NCBI RefSeq assembly: GCF_006345805.1
Contig: NC_043011.1
Span: forward strand, 42,234,464 to 42,298,463
From: Octopus sinensis
Taxonomy: Eukaryota
Reading direction: 5' to 3'
DNA length: 64,000 nucleotides
The notes beneath the pieces are model-generated. The model saw nothing but the letters and a program-made list of their open reading frames with translations. It did no database searches and was not told where the DNA came from. Both the position numbers and the translations under genes were made by a program. Within the stretch, counting starts at the first letter, position 1; each line of letters opens with the position of its first letter. This document shows, piece after piece, positions 1-11,930 of the stretch.

Positions 1-1127
1 TGTCCACCGGGTGTTGTGAGTGTTTATTGAGCGAAAACACCTAAAGCTCCACGAGGCTCCGGCACGGGGTGGTGGCGAACCCTGCTTTCTCTCACTCTTT
101 CTTCTTGTTTCTGTTGTACCTGTATTTAAAAGGACCAACCTTGTCCCACTCTATGTCACGCTGAATCTACCCAAGAACTACGTTTGTGGAGTGCTCAGCC
201 ACCTGCACGTTAATTTCACGAGCAGGCTCTTCCGTTGATCGGATCAACTGGAACCCTCGTCGTCGCAACCGACGGAGTGCCAATATGTTCCTACAAACAA
301 TGTCAACTGGAAAAATATGTAAATTGTATACTAGAAAAATCCAAAATAAAACAGAAATATAGTGAGGGCACCATTAAGGTAAATAGTCCGATGGTATGGA
401 ACATCTACGATAGGTCGTTCTTGGTTACATAGGTTTCGTTATATTAACTTTCCCCTGGTGAAACCAGCAGGAAATCAACATAACTCACCTTGATGAAAAA
501 CTCTCACCCTCTCCTCATAAATAAATCGTCGCACCAATTTATGGGAAAAGATAGGCTCCAGAGCACATAGCGATTAGTTGTCTGAGAATGTATTATGCAC
601 AACGTGATTGACCTTCGATCCAATACTCAACCAATCACAACACAGGACTCAGCCAATATTTAAAACTCAAGTGATAGGTAAATCGGCCATTACCGATTAC
701 TGATTAACGTTCTGAGCCTATAAAAACCTGATTCTTTTCAATATGCCATAATAGAAATTGGTCTCGTTACAGAACCACCAACCATAAAATATAACTAAAA
801 TAACTCGTTTTTAACAGTGGGACTCGAAGTAGATAAAGCTTTAAATAATAAGGTGTTGAGTACTGGGTTCGAGTCCCACGGGCAGCCTTCGACTTGTTTT
901 TCATCCAAAGTATTTTTGAACTGAATATCTTATCTGTTTTTATTTCTAGCTCTAAATACTTCGAGTTCCACCGTTAAAATGATTTATTTCATCTCTGGAA
1001 TTTAATAGAATAAATAGTTTTTGCCAATTTCCCATTAAAGTATCCGTTAATATACAAGCGATGTTTATAAAAATCCTTTGCTGATATTCTTCACAAACCC
1101 CCCTCTTTTTGTTTTCACTTTTATAAT

Positions 1128-1620
1128 TCATCATCATCATCATCATCATCATTAACAACAGTGGCGTCTCTTAGTATTAAAGATTTGTTTCCATTGAATT
1201 GATCTGTGTTCTAAGATGGCTGTATAAGTGTGTCTTTGATCCAAAAGAACCGTGACAACGAGAGCATAAGAATTGATTCCCAGCAGGGTCCAAGAGTTCC
1301 CTTTGAGGGTCTTGCTTCTCACCGTCGATATCAACTTCTGTCAGCCCCCCTCCTCTTTCAGGTTACTTTGAAAGAAATCACATCCAACGTGGCATTTTCT
1401 CCTACCGAGCAAGCGCTCAAATGCGCCAGCCGATGTACCTGATCGCTCGCTTTTCGGAGGGGTGTTCGGTTTAGTTGATCCCTGTATCGCCGTCTCTGAG
1501 TTCCCAGTGGATGTTTTCTTTCCGACACTGTACATGAGAAAATTCAACAGCCGGATAATACAGTATTGTTTGAACGTGACGGATCCATCATAGCCAGAGT
1601 AGCTGGTCACGTGACATGTC
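1128..1620 (-). mobile_element. RTE-like LINE 3' end with C2H2 finger and (GAT)n tail
   Basis: Frameshifted GTQRRRYRDQL, then FLCSRCHGSFGSKTHLYSHLRT; ends in (CAT)n on + strand. Confidence 0.55.
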
Positions 1621-1665
1621 AGCTTGTTCTTTTCTTCTTTGTTTTGTAATATATGCGAAGATGCA

Positions 1666-2415
1666 AGGCGTGGGGAGCTGGCAGAAACGTTAGCACGCCG
1701 GGCGAAATGCGTAGCCGTATTTCGTCCGCCGTTACGTACTGAGTTCAAATTCCGCCGAGGTCAACTTTGCCTTTCATCCTTTCGGGTTCGATAAATTAAG
1801 TACCAGTTACGCACTGGGGTCGATATAATTGACTTAATCCGTTTGTCTGTCCTTGTTTGGCCTCTCTGTGTTTAGTCCCTTGTGGGTAGTAAAGAATTAG
1901 GTATTTCGTCTGCCGCTACGTTCTGAGTTCAAATTCCGCCGCGGTCAACTTTGCCTTTCATCCTTTGGGGGTCGATTAAATAAGTACCAGTTACGCACCG
2001 GGGTCGATATAATCGACTTAATCCGTTTGTTTGTCCACTCTGTGTTTAGCCCCTTGTGGGTAATAAAGAAATAGATATTTCGTCTGCCGCTACGTTCTGA
2101 GTTCAAATTCCGCCGCGGTCAACTTTGCCTTTCATCCTTTCGGGGTCGATAAATTAAGTACCAGTTACGCACTGGGGTCGATATAATCGACTTAATCCGT
2201 TTGTCTGTCCTTGTTTGTCCACTCTTTGTTTAGCCCCTTGTGGGTAGTAAAGAAATAGGTATTTCGTCTGCCATTACGTTCTGAGTTCAAATTGCCTTTC
2301 ATAATTTCGGGGTCGATAAATTACAGACTGGGGTCGATGTAATCGACTTAATCCGCTTGTCTGTCCTTGTTTGTCTCCTCTATGTTTAGCCCCTTGTAGG
2401 CAATAAAGAAACAGG
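1666..2415 (+). mobile_element. SINE family B: one head plus four tandem body units
   Basis: GGCG...GCTGGCAGAAACGTTAGCAC head; GTATTTCGTC unit starts at 1717, 1901, 2074, 2259. Confidence 0.85.
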
Positions 2416-3147
2416 AATATATACAAAGATATATCAACAAACCACCGTCGCCGCCACCACCCAATGATACATACATCCGTATTTATAATATAATAAATAC
2501 ATACATAAATACATACATACATATGTAACTGTATGTGTGTGTGCGTGTCTGTGTGTGCGTTTCACGTAAAGTGTTAAGCAAGTGAACTACTTAAGTCTGG
2601 TCTATTTTGCAGCTGAGTTTGGGTGGGACACAAATAATGTAAGTATATACGGAATCTGAAAGCAACGTGACGAAATATCTTGGGAAATTGTTTCTGATTC
2701 GGCTTTCAATAGTACGACATTGTGTTGAGGAATTCTGCTATAATTCCTTCTCTCTTTATATACATACAACCCCCTTTTACTTACCATGTGATGTATGTAG
2801 GTCTACAGAAGTGGCTGTGTGGTAAGAAATTTGCTTCCCAACCACATGGTTCCGAGTTCAGTTCCACTGCGTGACACCTTCAGCAAGCGTCTTCCACTAT
2901 AGCTTAGGGCCGATCAGAGCCCTGTGAATGGACTTGGTAGCAGAAACCGAAAGAAGACTGTCGTGTGTGTGTGTGTGCCTTGCCTCCACTGCTCAGCCGT
3001 GATCGTTCGGTGATCTGTACTCCAGCGAAGAAAGTCTTTACATTTGTTGCACACATTGAATATCCCTTTCTTCTTCAGCAGACTCACCATCATGTATATA
3101 TATATATATATACATAATATATATATATATATATTATATATATATAT

Positions 3148-3216
<69 letters not shown>

Positions 3217-3985
3217 AATACACTACTCAGAAATCTGGATGGTTGTACATTTACAGATTTTTATCAATATGTCACATATTTTATAAATCATATATTAGCG
3301 CTTGCATCTACTCTAGTAGATTCTTCAGATTTGAATTTTTTGTGTGGAGTCGTCTCTTTTTATAGTATTATTGAGTGTGTAGGGGTGGAGAGAGATATAG
3401 GATAGTAAAAGAGGGTGAGGAATGGGGAGGAAGTGAGAGAGAGAGTGTGTGTGTGTGTGCGCGCGCCTGTATATCTGAAAGGGGTGTTAATGGAAAAGAG
3501 AAGGAAAGAAGAAAAAATGTGCTTACATCTTTACAGCTGGTCAGTTCTTTCAATAGAAGGTGATGAGTTGATTCTTGGCCTTTAAAAATGGCAAAGCCAG
3601 GTGGCTACTCTAAGGGATGTAAGATTGTTTCTATTTATGTATATGCACATATGTATAGTACTGTGTGTGTGTGTTTAATACAAAATTACAGTTTACTTTA
3701 CAAAATTGGTCCTTTATCCAGTACTACAAATCATTACAAAATTGTGATATTTCACCAGTCACAGCTATATATATATATATCAAGAGGAATGAAGATAAGG
3801 AACAATTCTTTGCAAAAATGAAGATATTAGGATGGGCAATAATGTACAAGGGAAAGTGTCTTGTGAAGGAGCTCAATGAAACAGATATGCATACAATTTC
3901 TTGTACATTGTGAGGACATTATTATACAGACTAAGCTAAAAGTTCTAGATGGGTTTATAGGGAAGTTGCTGTGATTTTCATATTT

Positions 3986-6007
3986 TCAGCCATTCAGTTT
4001 GGGGGAGAACTTTGTTATGAAGTATTGTTCCATATTTTTGCTGAAGAAGGTGTCATTCCTTGGGCATTTATAGAAAGGAAAGATCTTAAATTTTCCTTCT
4101 CCACATGTTTCTAAGTGTTTACTCAGTGGAATCTTTCGCAGTTCCTCCTGTTGGACATGTTGTCGGTGAATTCTGGCTCGTTGGCATAAAGAATTTCCAG
4201 TTTCGCCTATATAATTCTCCTTGCATGTGGGGCAGGTTATGCAGTATATTACGTTCTGCATCTTGCAATTCATGTCTGCATTTACTTTGAATGTGTGACC
4301 ACTCTTAAATTTTATTTGTTTGTTTCCCTCTATATATTTGTAGGTGGGGTTACTGCAGATCCTACATCTACTATCTTCCCACTCTTTTACAAAGAATTCG
4401 ATTTTATTCTCTGATGAGAATTTTGCTCTTGTTAGTTGTTTTTTCGGGTTTTTCTCTTGGCGTTTACTGATTTTTATGCAATATTTTTTTAATAGGTTTC
4501 CCATTTTGGGACTTTGTATGACTGTTGGTAAGTTTGAATGCATAATTTGAAACATGTTGGTAACTCCAGGGCTGTGTGTGTTTATGAAAGGGATGATGTT
4601 TTCTTTGTTTTTCTTTTTTTGAGTTCTGAGTTGTGTGATGCCCAGTTTCATTGCTCTTGAGATTCCGTTTTTTTATTAATTTGAGTGGGTATTTTTGTTC
4701 TAGTTGGAAGTTTTTAAGTTCATTTAGTCTTATTTGGCGGGTTTGTGAGTCGGTCACTATGCTGCATATGCGTCTTGCCATACTATATGGAATGTTTCTT
4801 TTTATGTGGGATGGGTGGCAGGAGTAGAAATTTAAATATTGGTGTGTGTCGGTTTTTTTGTAGTAGATGTCTGTTGTGACGATGGAGTCGTGTATCTTGA
4901 TGTTGATGTCTAGGAAGGGAAGTTCATCGTAGCTGGTATATATCGTGAAGTTGATAGATGGGTGAAGTGTGTTGAGGATGTTGTGGAATGTTCGTAGATC
5001 TTCTTCTGATCTGTTCCAAAAGATGAAACAGTCATCGAGGTAGCGTTTCCACTTTTTCTTGATGTCTTCTCTGAAGTCATGTTCGAAGACTTTCCCTATT
5101 TCATCGTATAGTTTGTTCTCAAGGAAACTCCATCACCAGGTTGGCATATAAAGGTGCGAATTTCGTACCCATAGCTGTGCCCTTTATTCGTCGGTATGTC
5201 TTGTTGTTAAATGAGAATGTGTTTTCTTCAAGTATTAATTGGGTAGCTTTGGTTATAAAGTCTGTTTTGAAACGTTTATCTATGAGTTCCCTGTATTTTT
5301 CTACCCATTGTTTTATCCCTTCCAGACCCAGGGTGTGTGGTATATTCGTGTATAAGTTTGTGACATCGAACCTTGCAAGTATGGTGTTTTCCGGAACTGT
5401 ATTTGGAATATGTGTGAGGAAGTCTATGTCATCCCTTATGTAGCTTGGTATCAGTGGGCATAAAGGTTTGAGGAGTACATCTCTGAAGTGGCTTAGTTGC
5501 TGTGTTGGCGCTTGGGGCCCTGCAACTATTAGTCTCATTGTGAGGTCTGCGGGCCTTTGTATTCTTATATAATGGTTCCTCTGTTCCTTTATGGCTCTCT
5601 GTATTTCAGAGCTTTTATGAACTTTAGGTAATCCATAAAAAATTGCTTTCTTTGGTTCTTGAGTTGCATAAATAGTCTTTCTCCTTGTCTGTAAAGGCGT
5701 CCTGATATTCATTGACTAATGTTCCAATTTTTTTAATGTTGCTTTCTCCGGTCGTATTGATTCCTCTTTATACTATGTCTGGTTGTTGAACATCTCCAGT
5801 ATCTTTTCTTTGTAGTAATCTGTATCCTAAATTACTATTGCCCCACCTTTGTCAGCTTCTTTTAAAATGATGACTTGTCATGTTTTAGTTTTTGTAAAGC
5901 TTGTTTTTCTCCTCTGCAGAGGTTGTTTGCATTTATGTGTGTTGAGAGGGAATTTGGAAATTGTTTCTATGTATGCGTCTAAGTGTTTGTACATCACCTC
6001 CAAACCT
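3986..6007 (-). mobile_element. Penelope-like element (RT + GIY-YIG endonuclease), frameshifted; 5' part truncated or interrupted by a SINE
   Basis: Minus-strand KEADKGGAIV, FYGLPKVHK, FDVTNLYTNIP, GTAMGTKFAPLYANL, WKRYLDDCF (YLDD at 5031-5042), then VIYCITCPTC...YIGETG...R...H GIY-YIG; linker (W)EDSRCRIC. Confidence 0.93.
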
Positions 6008-6033
6008 TCTAATATATGTATGTATGTATGTAT

Positions 6034-6425
6034 GGCGCAGGAGTGGCTGTGTGGTAAGTAGTTTGCTTACCAACCACATTGCTCCGGATTCAGTCCCACT
6101 GAGGCACTTTGGGAAAGTATCTTCTACTATAGCCTCGAGCCGACCAAAGCCTTGTGAGTGGATTTGGTAAACGGAAACTGAAAGAAGCCCGCCGTATGTG
6201 TGTGTGTGTGTGTGTGTGTTTCTTTCTGTGTTTGTCCCTCCAACATTGCTTGACAACCGATGCTGGTATGTTTACGTCCCCGTAACTTAGCGGTTCGGCA
6301 AAAAAGACCGATCGAATAAGTACTAGGCTTACAAAGAATAAGTCCTGGGGTCGATTTGCTCAACTAAAGACGGTGCTCCAGCATGGCCGCAGTCAAATGA
6401 CTGAAACAAGTAAATGAATGAAAGA
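6034..6425 (+). mobile_element. tRNA-derived SINE family A
   Basis: GGCGCAGGAGTGGCTGTGTGGTAAG...GGTTCAGTCCCACTG head, central microsatellite, CAGCATGGCCGCAGTCAAATGACTGAAACAAG tail. Confidence 0.85.
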
Positions 6426-6720
6426 ACATATATATAGATATATATATATATATATATAAATTGAGGGAGATAAATTAATATTAATTTTAATATCAATTTA
6501 AAACCAGTAGTCCAGCATTCAAAAAATCTGAGGAGTCAGAGAAAATTCAAATATATGTGTATATTGGCAGGGCTGGCCTGCTAGGTAGCCGGCCAGAATG
6601 CTAGAAAAAGATCATCAACGATCAAACTACAAGGGAAATTCTCTAGAGGAAGAATTCAGCGAACACCAGAACCACTTTGGCGGGCAGGACATATGAAAAA
6701 TTATATAAATAACAGACTTA

Positions 6721-6796
6721 AATGCATACCTCGGTTTCGGTCTTAACAAAAGAATTACTTGCATAATTCAAGTGTCCGTGACTTCATCAGTACATT
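6721..6796 (-). ncRNA. Type I hammerhead-like motif H1
   Basis: AATGTA-CTGATGA-AGTC..GACC-GAAAC-CGAG-GT-A-TGCATT: stems I and III pair; A.C mismatch at the base of stem II. Confidence 0.75.
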
Positions 6797-7141
6797 CGGT
6801 CCTCGGGATGCAAACCGCAAGACTAACCCCAGCTCTCTGTGTCAAGACAGACACGTGCTTAGTCTTACTGATTACATCGGGTATAAAATTTCAAATGTCT
6901 TGGTTCCGGCGCGCTGAGAGACTCCTGAAGCGAAGGGCTGCAGTGAATAATTCACTGCGGGTAGTGCTTACAACTAGGGAACGTAATTATTTAAATATTT
7001 AAAAATTGAGGGAGATAAATTAATATTAATTTTAATATCAATTTAAAACCAGTAGTCCAGCATATATATTATATTATATTAGAGACAAAACCACTATTAT
7101 GCAAATCAAACATAGTTTAAAACTCGCCAAGAAGGTTTTGA

Positions 7142-7195
7142 AACCACCTGAAGTATGTCTCAAAGATGTGCTGACACGAAACGATCGTAGTGGTT
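7142..7195 (+). ncRNA. Type I hammerhead-like motif H2 (A9U, palindromic stem III)
   Basis: AACCAC-CTGAAGT-ATGTC..GACAC-GAA-ACGATCGT-A-GTGGTT. Confidence 0.65.
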
Positions 7196-7429
7196 ATTTA
7201 TAGTTGTTAAATTTTAATTTATATAAATTATTTTATGTATTGGCTTAAGTCTTTCTTTGTTTGATTTGCATAATAGTGGTTTTGTCTCTAATATAATATA
7301 ATATAATATTTTACTATAAAATTAGATTCAATCCTAAATCTGATTTTTCCCTGTAAATTTGGATTTATTCCCTAATATTTATTATTATACATATATATAT
7401 ATATATATTATATATATATATAATATATA

Positions 7430-7770
7430 TATATATAAAATAGACTTCTGTGCGTGTTTCCTTTTCACGCGAAAACGGCTGCACGAATTGGTTCCATGCT
7501 TGGAGTGCATGAATAATTTGACCTAGGATACAATAACATGATCCTTAATTTTTTTTTATTAAAAATAAATAATATTGCTTTATATAAAATAAACTTCTTT
7601 AAAAAGATTTTCCAATATCAAATCCAATCCCGGTACTGAGGTAGCAACTGTGGATAACTACACACTCACTTTTATGTATACATTACGCCGTTATGTATAC
7701 ATTGCACCGTTATATATATACAATACGCCGTTATGTATACATTACGCCGTTATGTATACAATACGCCGTT
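7430..7770 (+). mobile_element. Possible non-autonomous Helitron-like 5' region with 19-bp tandem repeat
   Basis: TATATAAAA start, TTCACGCGAAAACGGCTGCAC segment; TATGTATACATTACGCCGT repeats at about 7673-7770; no clear 3' end. Confidence 0.3.
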
Positions 7771-8199
7771 GATGAATATTTACATTTTAGGCATAACCAC
7801 AGATATATACCCACCTGACTTTGTTGCCGCATAGCTTCTAGAAAAATGGATACTTTTTAAAGAAACTCGCAACAAATAATCGCTTAGATCCTGTAGATTG
7901 AGTGTATGTAAAGATTTGTTGAAAAACATTTCCCCGAGGGCTTGGAGAGAGGAATTTCAGAATATTCACACGATCCAACAGTTTCCTCCTCATAACTTTC
8001 AGGAAAATGGGTATTTTTTAATGAAATTTGGATCCTTTACCTTTCGACCAACAGATTTAAAAAATAATTTTTTTGTAACTAAACACTTTCAAACTTCGGA
8101 CACTGGTAGAATGTGTCATATCAAACATATTTTACTCTTAGCATTTTTGTGAAAAACTTATATTTACGAAGTAATTTCACGTTAAAGTTCTCGTATTTC

Positions 8200-8493
8200 G
8201 GTAATTTCAACCAATCAATGACGTGTATCTAGCTGAATAAAATTACTGCCGTTGTTTTGTCAACAACAACTATCGGAGGTGTATTTTTCGTTTGTCACTG
8301 TTATTTATGACATCGTTCGTTCGTTTGTACTTTAGGTTTTAGGGTTAGGGTTTCAGGGTTAGGGTTAGGGTTTTAGGGTTAGGGTTATCATAAATAACAG
8401 TGACAAACGAAAAATACACCACCGGAAGTTCTTGTTGACAAACAACGTCATTTTATTCAGCTGAATACACGTCATTTATTGGTCGAAATTACC
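8200..8493. repeat. Palindrome (about 110-bp arms) with (TTAGGG)n loop
   Basis: 8200-8311 is the reverse complement of 8387-8493; seven GGG tracts at 8341-8384. Confidence 0.9.
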
Positions 8494-8619
8494 TATTTGC
8501 CTAGTGGCTTCTCTCTGAGTGCTTTAGCTTCATTACTATGGCAACAATCCGGTTACTTATTGATCAGACCTCGTATATATATATATATATATATTATATA
8601 CCAAATGTTACAACACTTC

Positions 8620-8707
8620 CGTTCGCTTCCAATCCACAAAGTGACCGACCCCGACACTTCCTGCTTATTACACTCAAACAACCTCATACCCACAGGGAAC
8701 TCTTCAT

Positions 8708-8768
<61 letters not shown>

Positions 8769-10260
8769 TCCTTTGGAAATATGCTTCACCATCCCATTCT
8801 TAAGAAAGGTAACTGTTCTGACTTACCTTGCCAACAATCACCAACCTCTTGCTCCCACTTGCAATATCTCAGACGTAGTGGACATAGCTATCAATGACCA
8901 CATCGCCAATACCCTGAATGCCCCTTCCTTCATAATGATTGCCGATATAGTATTTCTTAAAACAGATCTAACCGGGACTGTTTCTTGCTAGTTGGCCCTC
9001 ACCTCTGAGAAATTTGGAACACATTGTTGTCGCACTTGATTGACATCCGTTAGGATTCCCACTATTTCTGGTCCGTGAATTCCCACATGGTATCTATATA
9101 CTTGTCTTCCACATGGTATCTATACACTTCACACCAAACTTGCACTAACTCCATGAACATACGAGATCCCGAAAACGTTCTCTAATGGAAGTCATGTTGA
9201 TCTGGTTTCCTTCAACACAATGATGCAATTATTACACACACACACACACCACATCCAGAAATAACCCCCTCCACTAAATATAGAATCACACAACCAGAAC
9301 CCCCCAAAACCCCAATAAATGCTAGACCTCACCTTTACTCAGGATCTCTCCCGGCGATTTGACATTCTGAATGTTACAAAAATTGCATCCCACAGACTGG
9401 CATTCCTCTTCGGGATACGAAAATATTTTCAGCTTATCCCACTGCAGCAAACTTCATACAAACCTCAACTGTGACCCGTGATGGAAATATTTCTCTTTCT
9501 CTTTTACTTGTTTCAGTCATTTGACTGCGGCCATGCTGGAGCACCGCCTTTAGTCGAGCAAATCGACCCCGAGACTTATTTTTTTTGTAAGCCCAGTACT
9601 TATTATATCGGTCTCTTTTGCCGAACCGCTAAGTGACGGGGACGTAAACACACACCAGCATCGGTTGTCAAGCAATGCTAGGGGACAAACACAGACACAC
9701 AAACACACACACACATACATTTATATATATATATATATATATATACGACAGGCTTCTTTCAGTTTCCGTCTACCAAATCCACTCACAAGGCATTGGTCGG
9801 CCCGGGGCTATAGCAGAAGACACTTGCCCAAGATGCCACGCAGTTGGATTGATCCCAGAACCATGTGGTTGGTTAGCAAGCTACTTACCACACAGCCACT
9901 CCTGCGCCTATATCTGTGATGACGTTGCTACTATCGATGCAGACATCTTAGGTCGCATCCAAAACAGGTCAATAGACCGACTGGCATGAAGTCACTCATT
10001 AACAAATTCCAACCTTTGACCCCCACATGACATACTGCATCTTCTGTCTTTTCTATGGCTGACTCCGGTGCCATCTCCACCCAGGTTATCCCGATTCCGT
10101 CGTTCCACTTCTCCTCATCACTCATACTGTCTACTCCCATTAAGGCTCCGCACAGACACCTTTACCCAGTTCAAATATCGTCTTTTTTTGGAATTCTCTC
10201 TGTCAATGCTCTCCTGCAACCGCCCAATTTGCAGCTGTTCAAACACATATCTTAAAACTC
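8620..10260 (+). mobile_element. Highly degenerate CR1/Jockey-like LINE fragments, interrupted by a SINE and microsatellites
   Basis: Remnants such as HPILKKGNCSD and ILGRIQNRSIDRL, plus a LINE-like 3' region. Confidence 0.45.
9500..9908 (-). mobile_element. SINE family A
   Basis: Reverse copy of 6034-6425. Confidence 0.85.
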
Positions 10261-11509
10261 AATGCACATACCCCCACCCACCCATCGCCATCTCTAAAGC
10301 TGCATCCTTTCCATTTATTTCTTCTTTCTCCTCTCTCTCTCTCTCTCTCTCCTTCTAGACTGCAGCATCTTAACTCTCTCATCCACTCTTTATTGCAGCT
10401 TATCTTCTGTTTTGTCTCTCTTTCTCTTCTTCCTCTCTCTCTCTCTCTCTCTCTCTTTGTTATCCATACGCTCCATCCTTTTCTTTCTTCTGATATTCAT
10501 TTCTTCCTAATTTTTCTTACACACACACACGCACACACACACACACACACACACTTCCATGATTTCTCAAGCTGGTTTCCCCGATGCAGCTGCGCTCATA
10601 CTGGGGCATCAAACAATTTAGATCTTTATGGTTTGTTTATTCGGTGTGCTTCACGCAGGAAGAAAAAAATGAATTAATAAACAAATAAAAGCAAAATCTT
10701 TCAAGTTCCCAAAGTCAAAGAAAACAAAAAAAAAAAAACAAAACAAAACAAAGAAAAATTGGGATTCTAAGAGAGAAGACAAAAGAAGCCGAACAAAAGA
10801 CAAATAAAAGAAGATATTAGACAAATTGGCATTTGAGATGAGAAGCAGACTACACGGAAAATACCACACACACACCATAACCTAATTCCACCTGGAATAC
10901 AACTGCTCACCATGATATTTCGGTGTGAATCAAAAGCTCACGAAGAAAAGGAGGAAATAATACAAAACAAAAGAGACTTATCGGTAAACTTTATATCGTA
11001 AAACAAGAAAAATAAATGTTATCCTCTCTCCGGAACTCAATGCCGAATGTTAGATGTAAGGCAGCTCCACCTACGCAATAACTTTCAAAGGAGAGAAAAT
11101 ATTTATACCTCTCATGCATGAAAGACGATCTCCACAACCAATTCTTTTTTTTCTTTTTCTTTTAGTAATATAGCATAAACCATGCATTCGGTTCGTGAGT
11201 GGGTAAGCAAATAAGCTACAAAAGATTTTTGTTTCGCGAGATACAAGATATCAAACTAACTTTGTAAATAAATAAATATTCATTGAGAAAACATTGAAGC
11301 AACTTCCTACCATCTTATAGAAAAGAAACTAAAGAATAAAGTAAAGGCTGAAGAAATACCACGTAAAAGCCATAGGTAGCCCATAACTAAGATAGCAGAC
11401 GATACCAAAATATATGGCAACCAAAGTAGCAGACGACATAGGTATATATATATATATTCTTTCACATGTTTCAGTCATTTATTTGACTGCGGCCATGCTG
11501 GAGCAGGAG

Positions 11510-11930
11510 TGTCTGTGTGGTAAGTAGCTTGCTTATTAACCACCTGGTTCCGGGTTCAGTCCCGCTGCGTGACACCTTGGGCAAGTGTCTTCTACTATAG
11601 CCTCGAGCCGACCAAAGCCTTGTGAGTAGATTTGGTAGACAGAAACTGAAAGAAGACCGTCGTATACACGTGTGTGTGTGTGTCTGTGTGTGTGCGTGTG
11701 TGTCTGTGTGTGTGCATGTGTTTGTGCCTGTGTTTGTCTCCCCAACATCGCTTGACAACCGATACTAGTGTGTTTACGCCCCCATAACTTAGCGGTTCGG
11801 CAAAAGTAATCGATAGAAAAAGTACTAGGCGTACAAAGATTAAGTCCTGGGGTTAATTTGCTCAACGAAAGGCTGTACTCCTGCATGGCCGCAGTCAAAT
11901 GACTGAACCAAGTAAATGAATAAAAGAATA
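11510..11930 (+). mobile_element. SINE family A preceded by an inverted copy of its own 3' end
   Basis: Matches family A; 11469-11509 is the reverse complement of the tail. Confidence 0.8.

Noticed and set aside
420-500. Minus-strand GAAAC-CTAT-GT-A resembling a hammerhead 3' half
   Set aside because: No CUGANGA-like core or stem I partner.
817-879. 12-bp inverted repeat GTGGGACTCGAA/TTCGAGTCCCAC with a B-box-like GGTTCGAGTCC
   Set aside because: No tRNA cloverleaf or A box could be built; likely a repeat remnant.
10905-10913. Minus-strand ATG followed by donor-like GTGAGC (possible ATG-only first exon)
   Set aside because: No downstream exon found in the window; such matches occur by chance.
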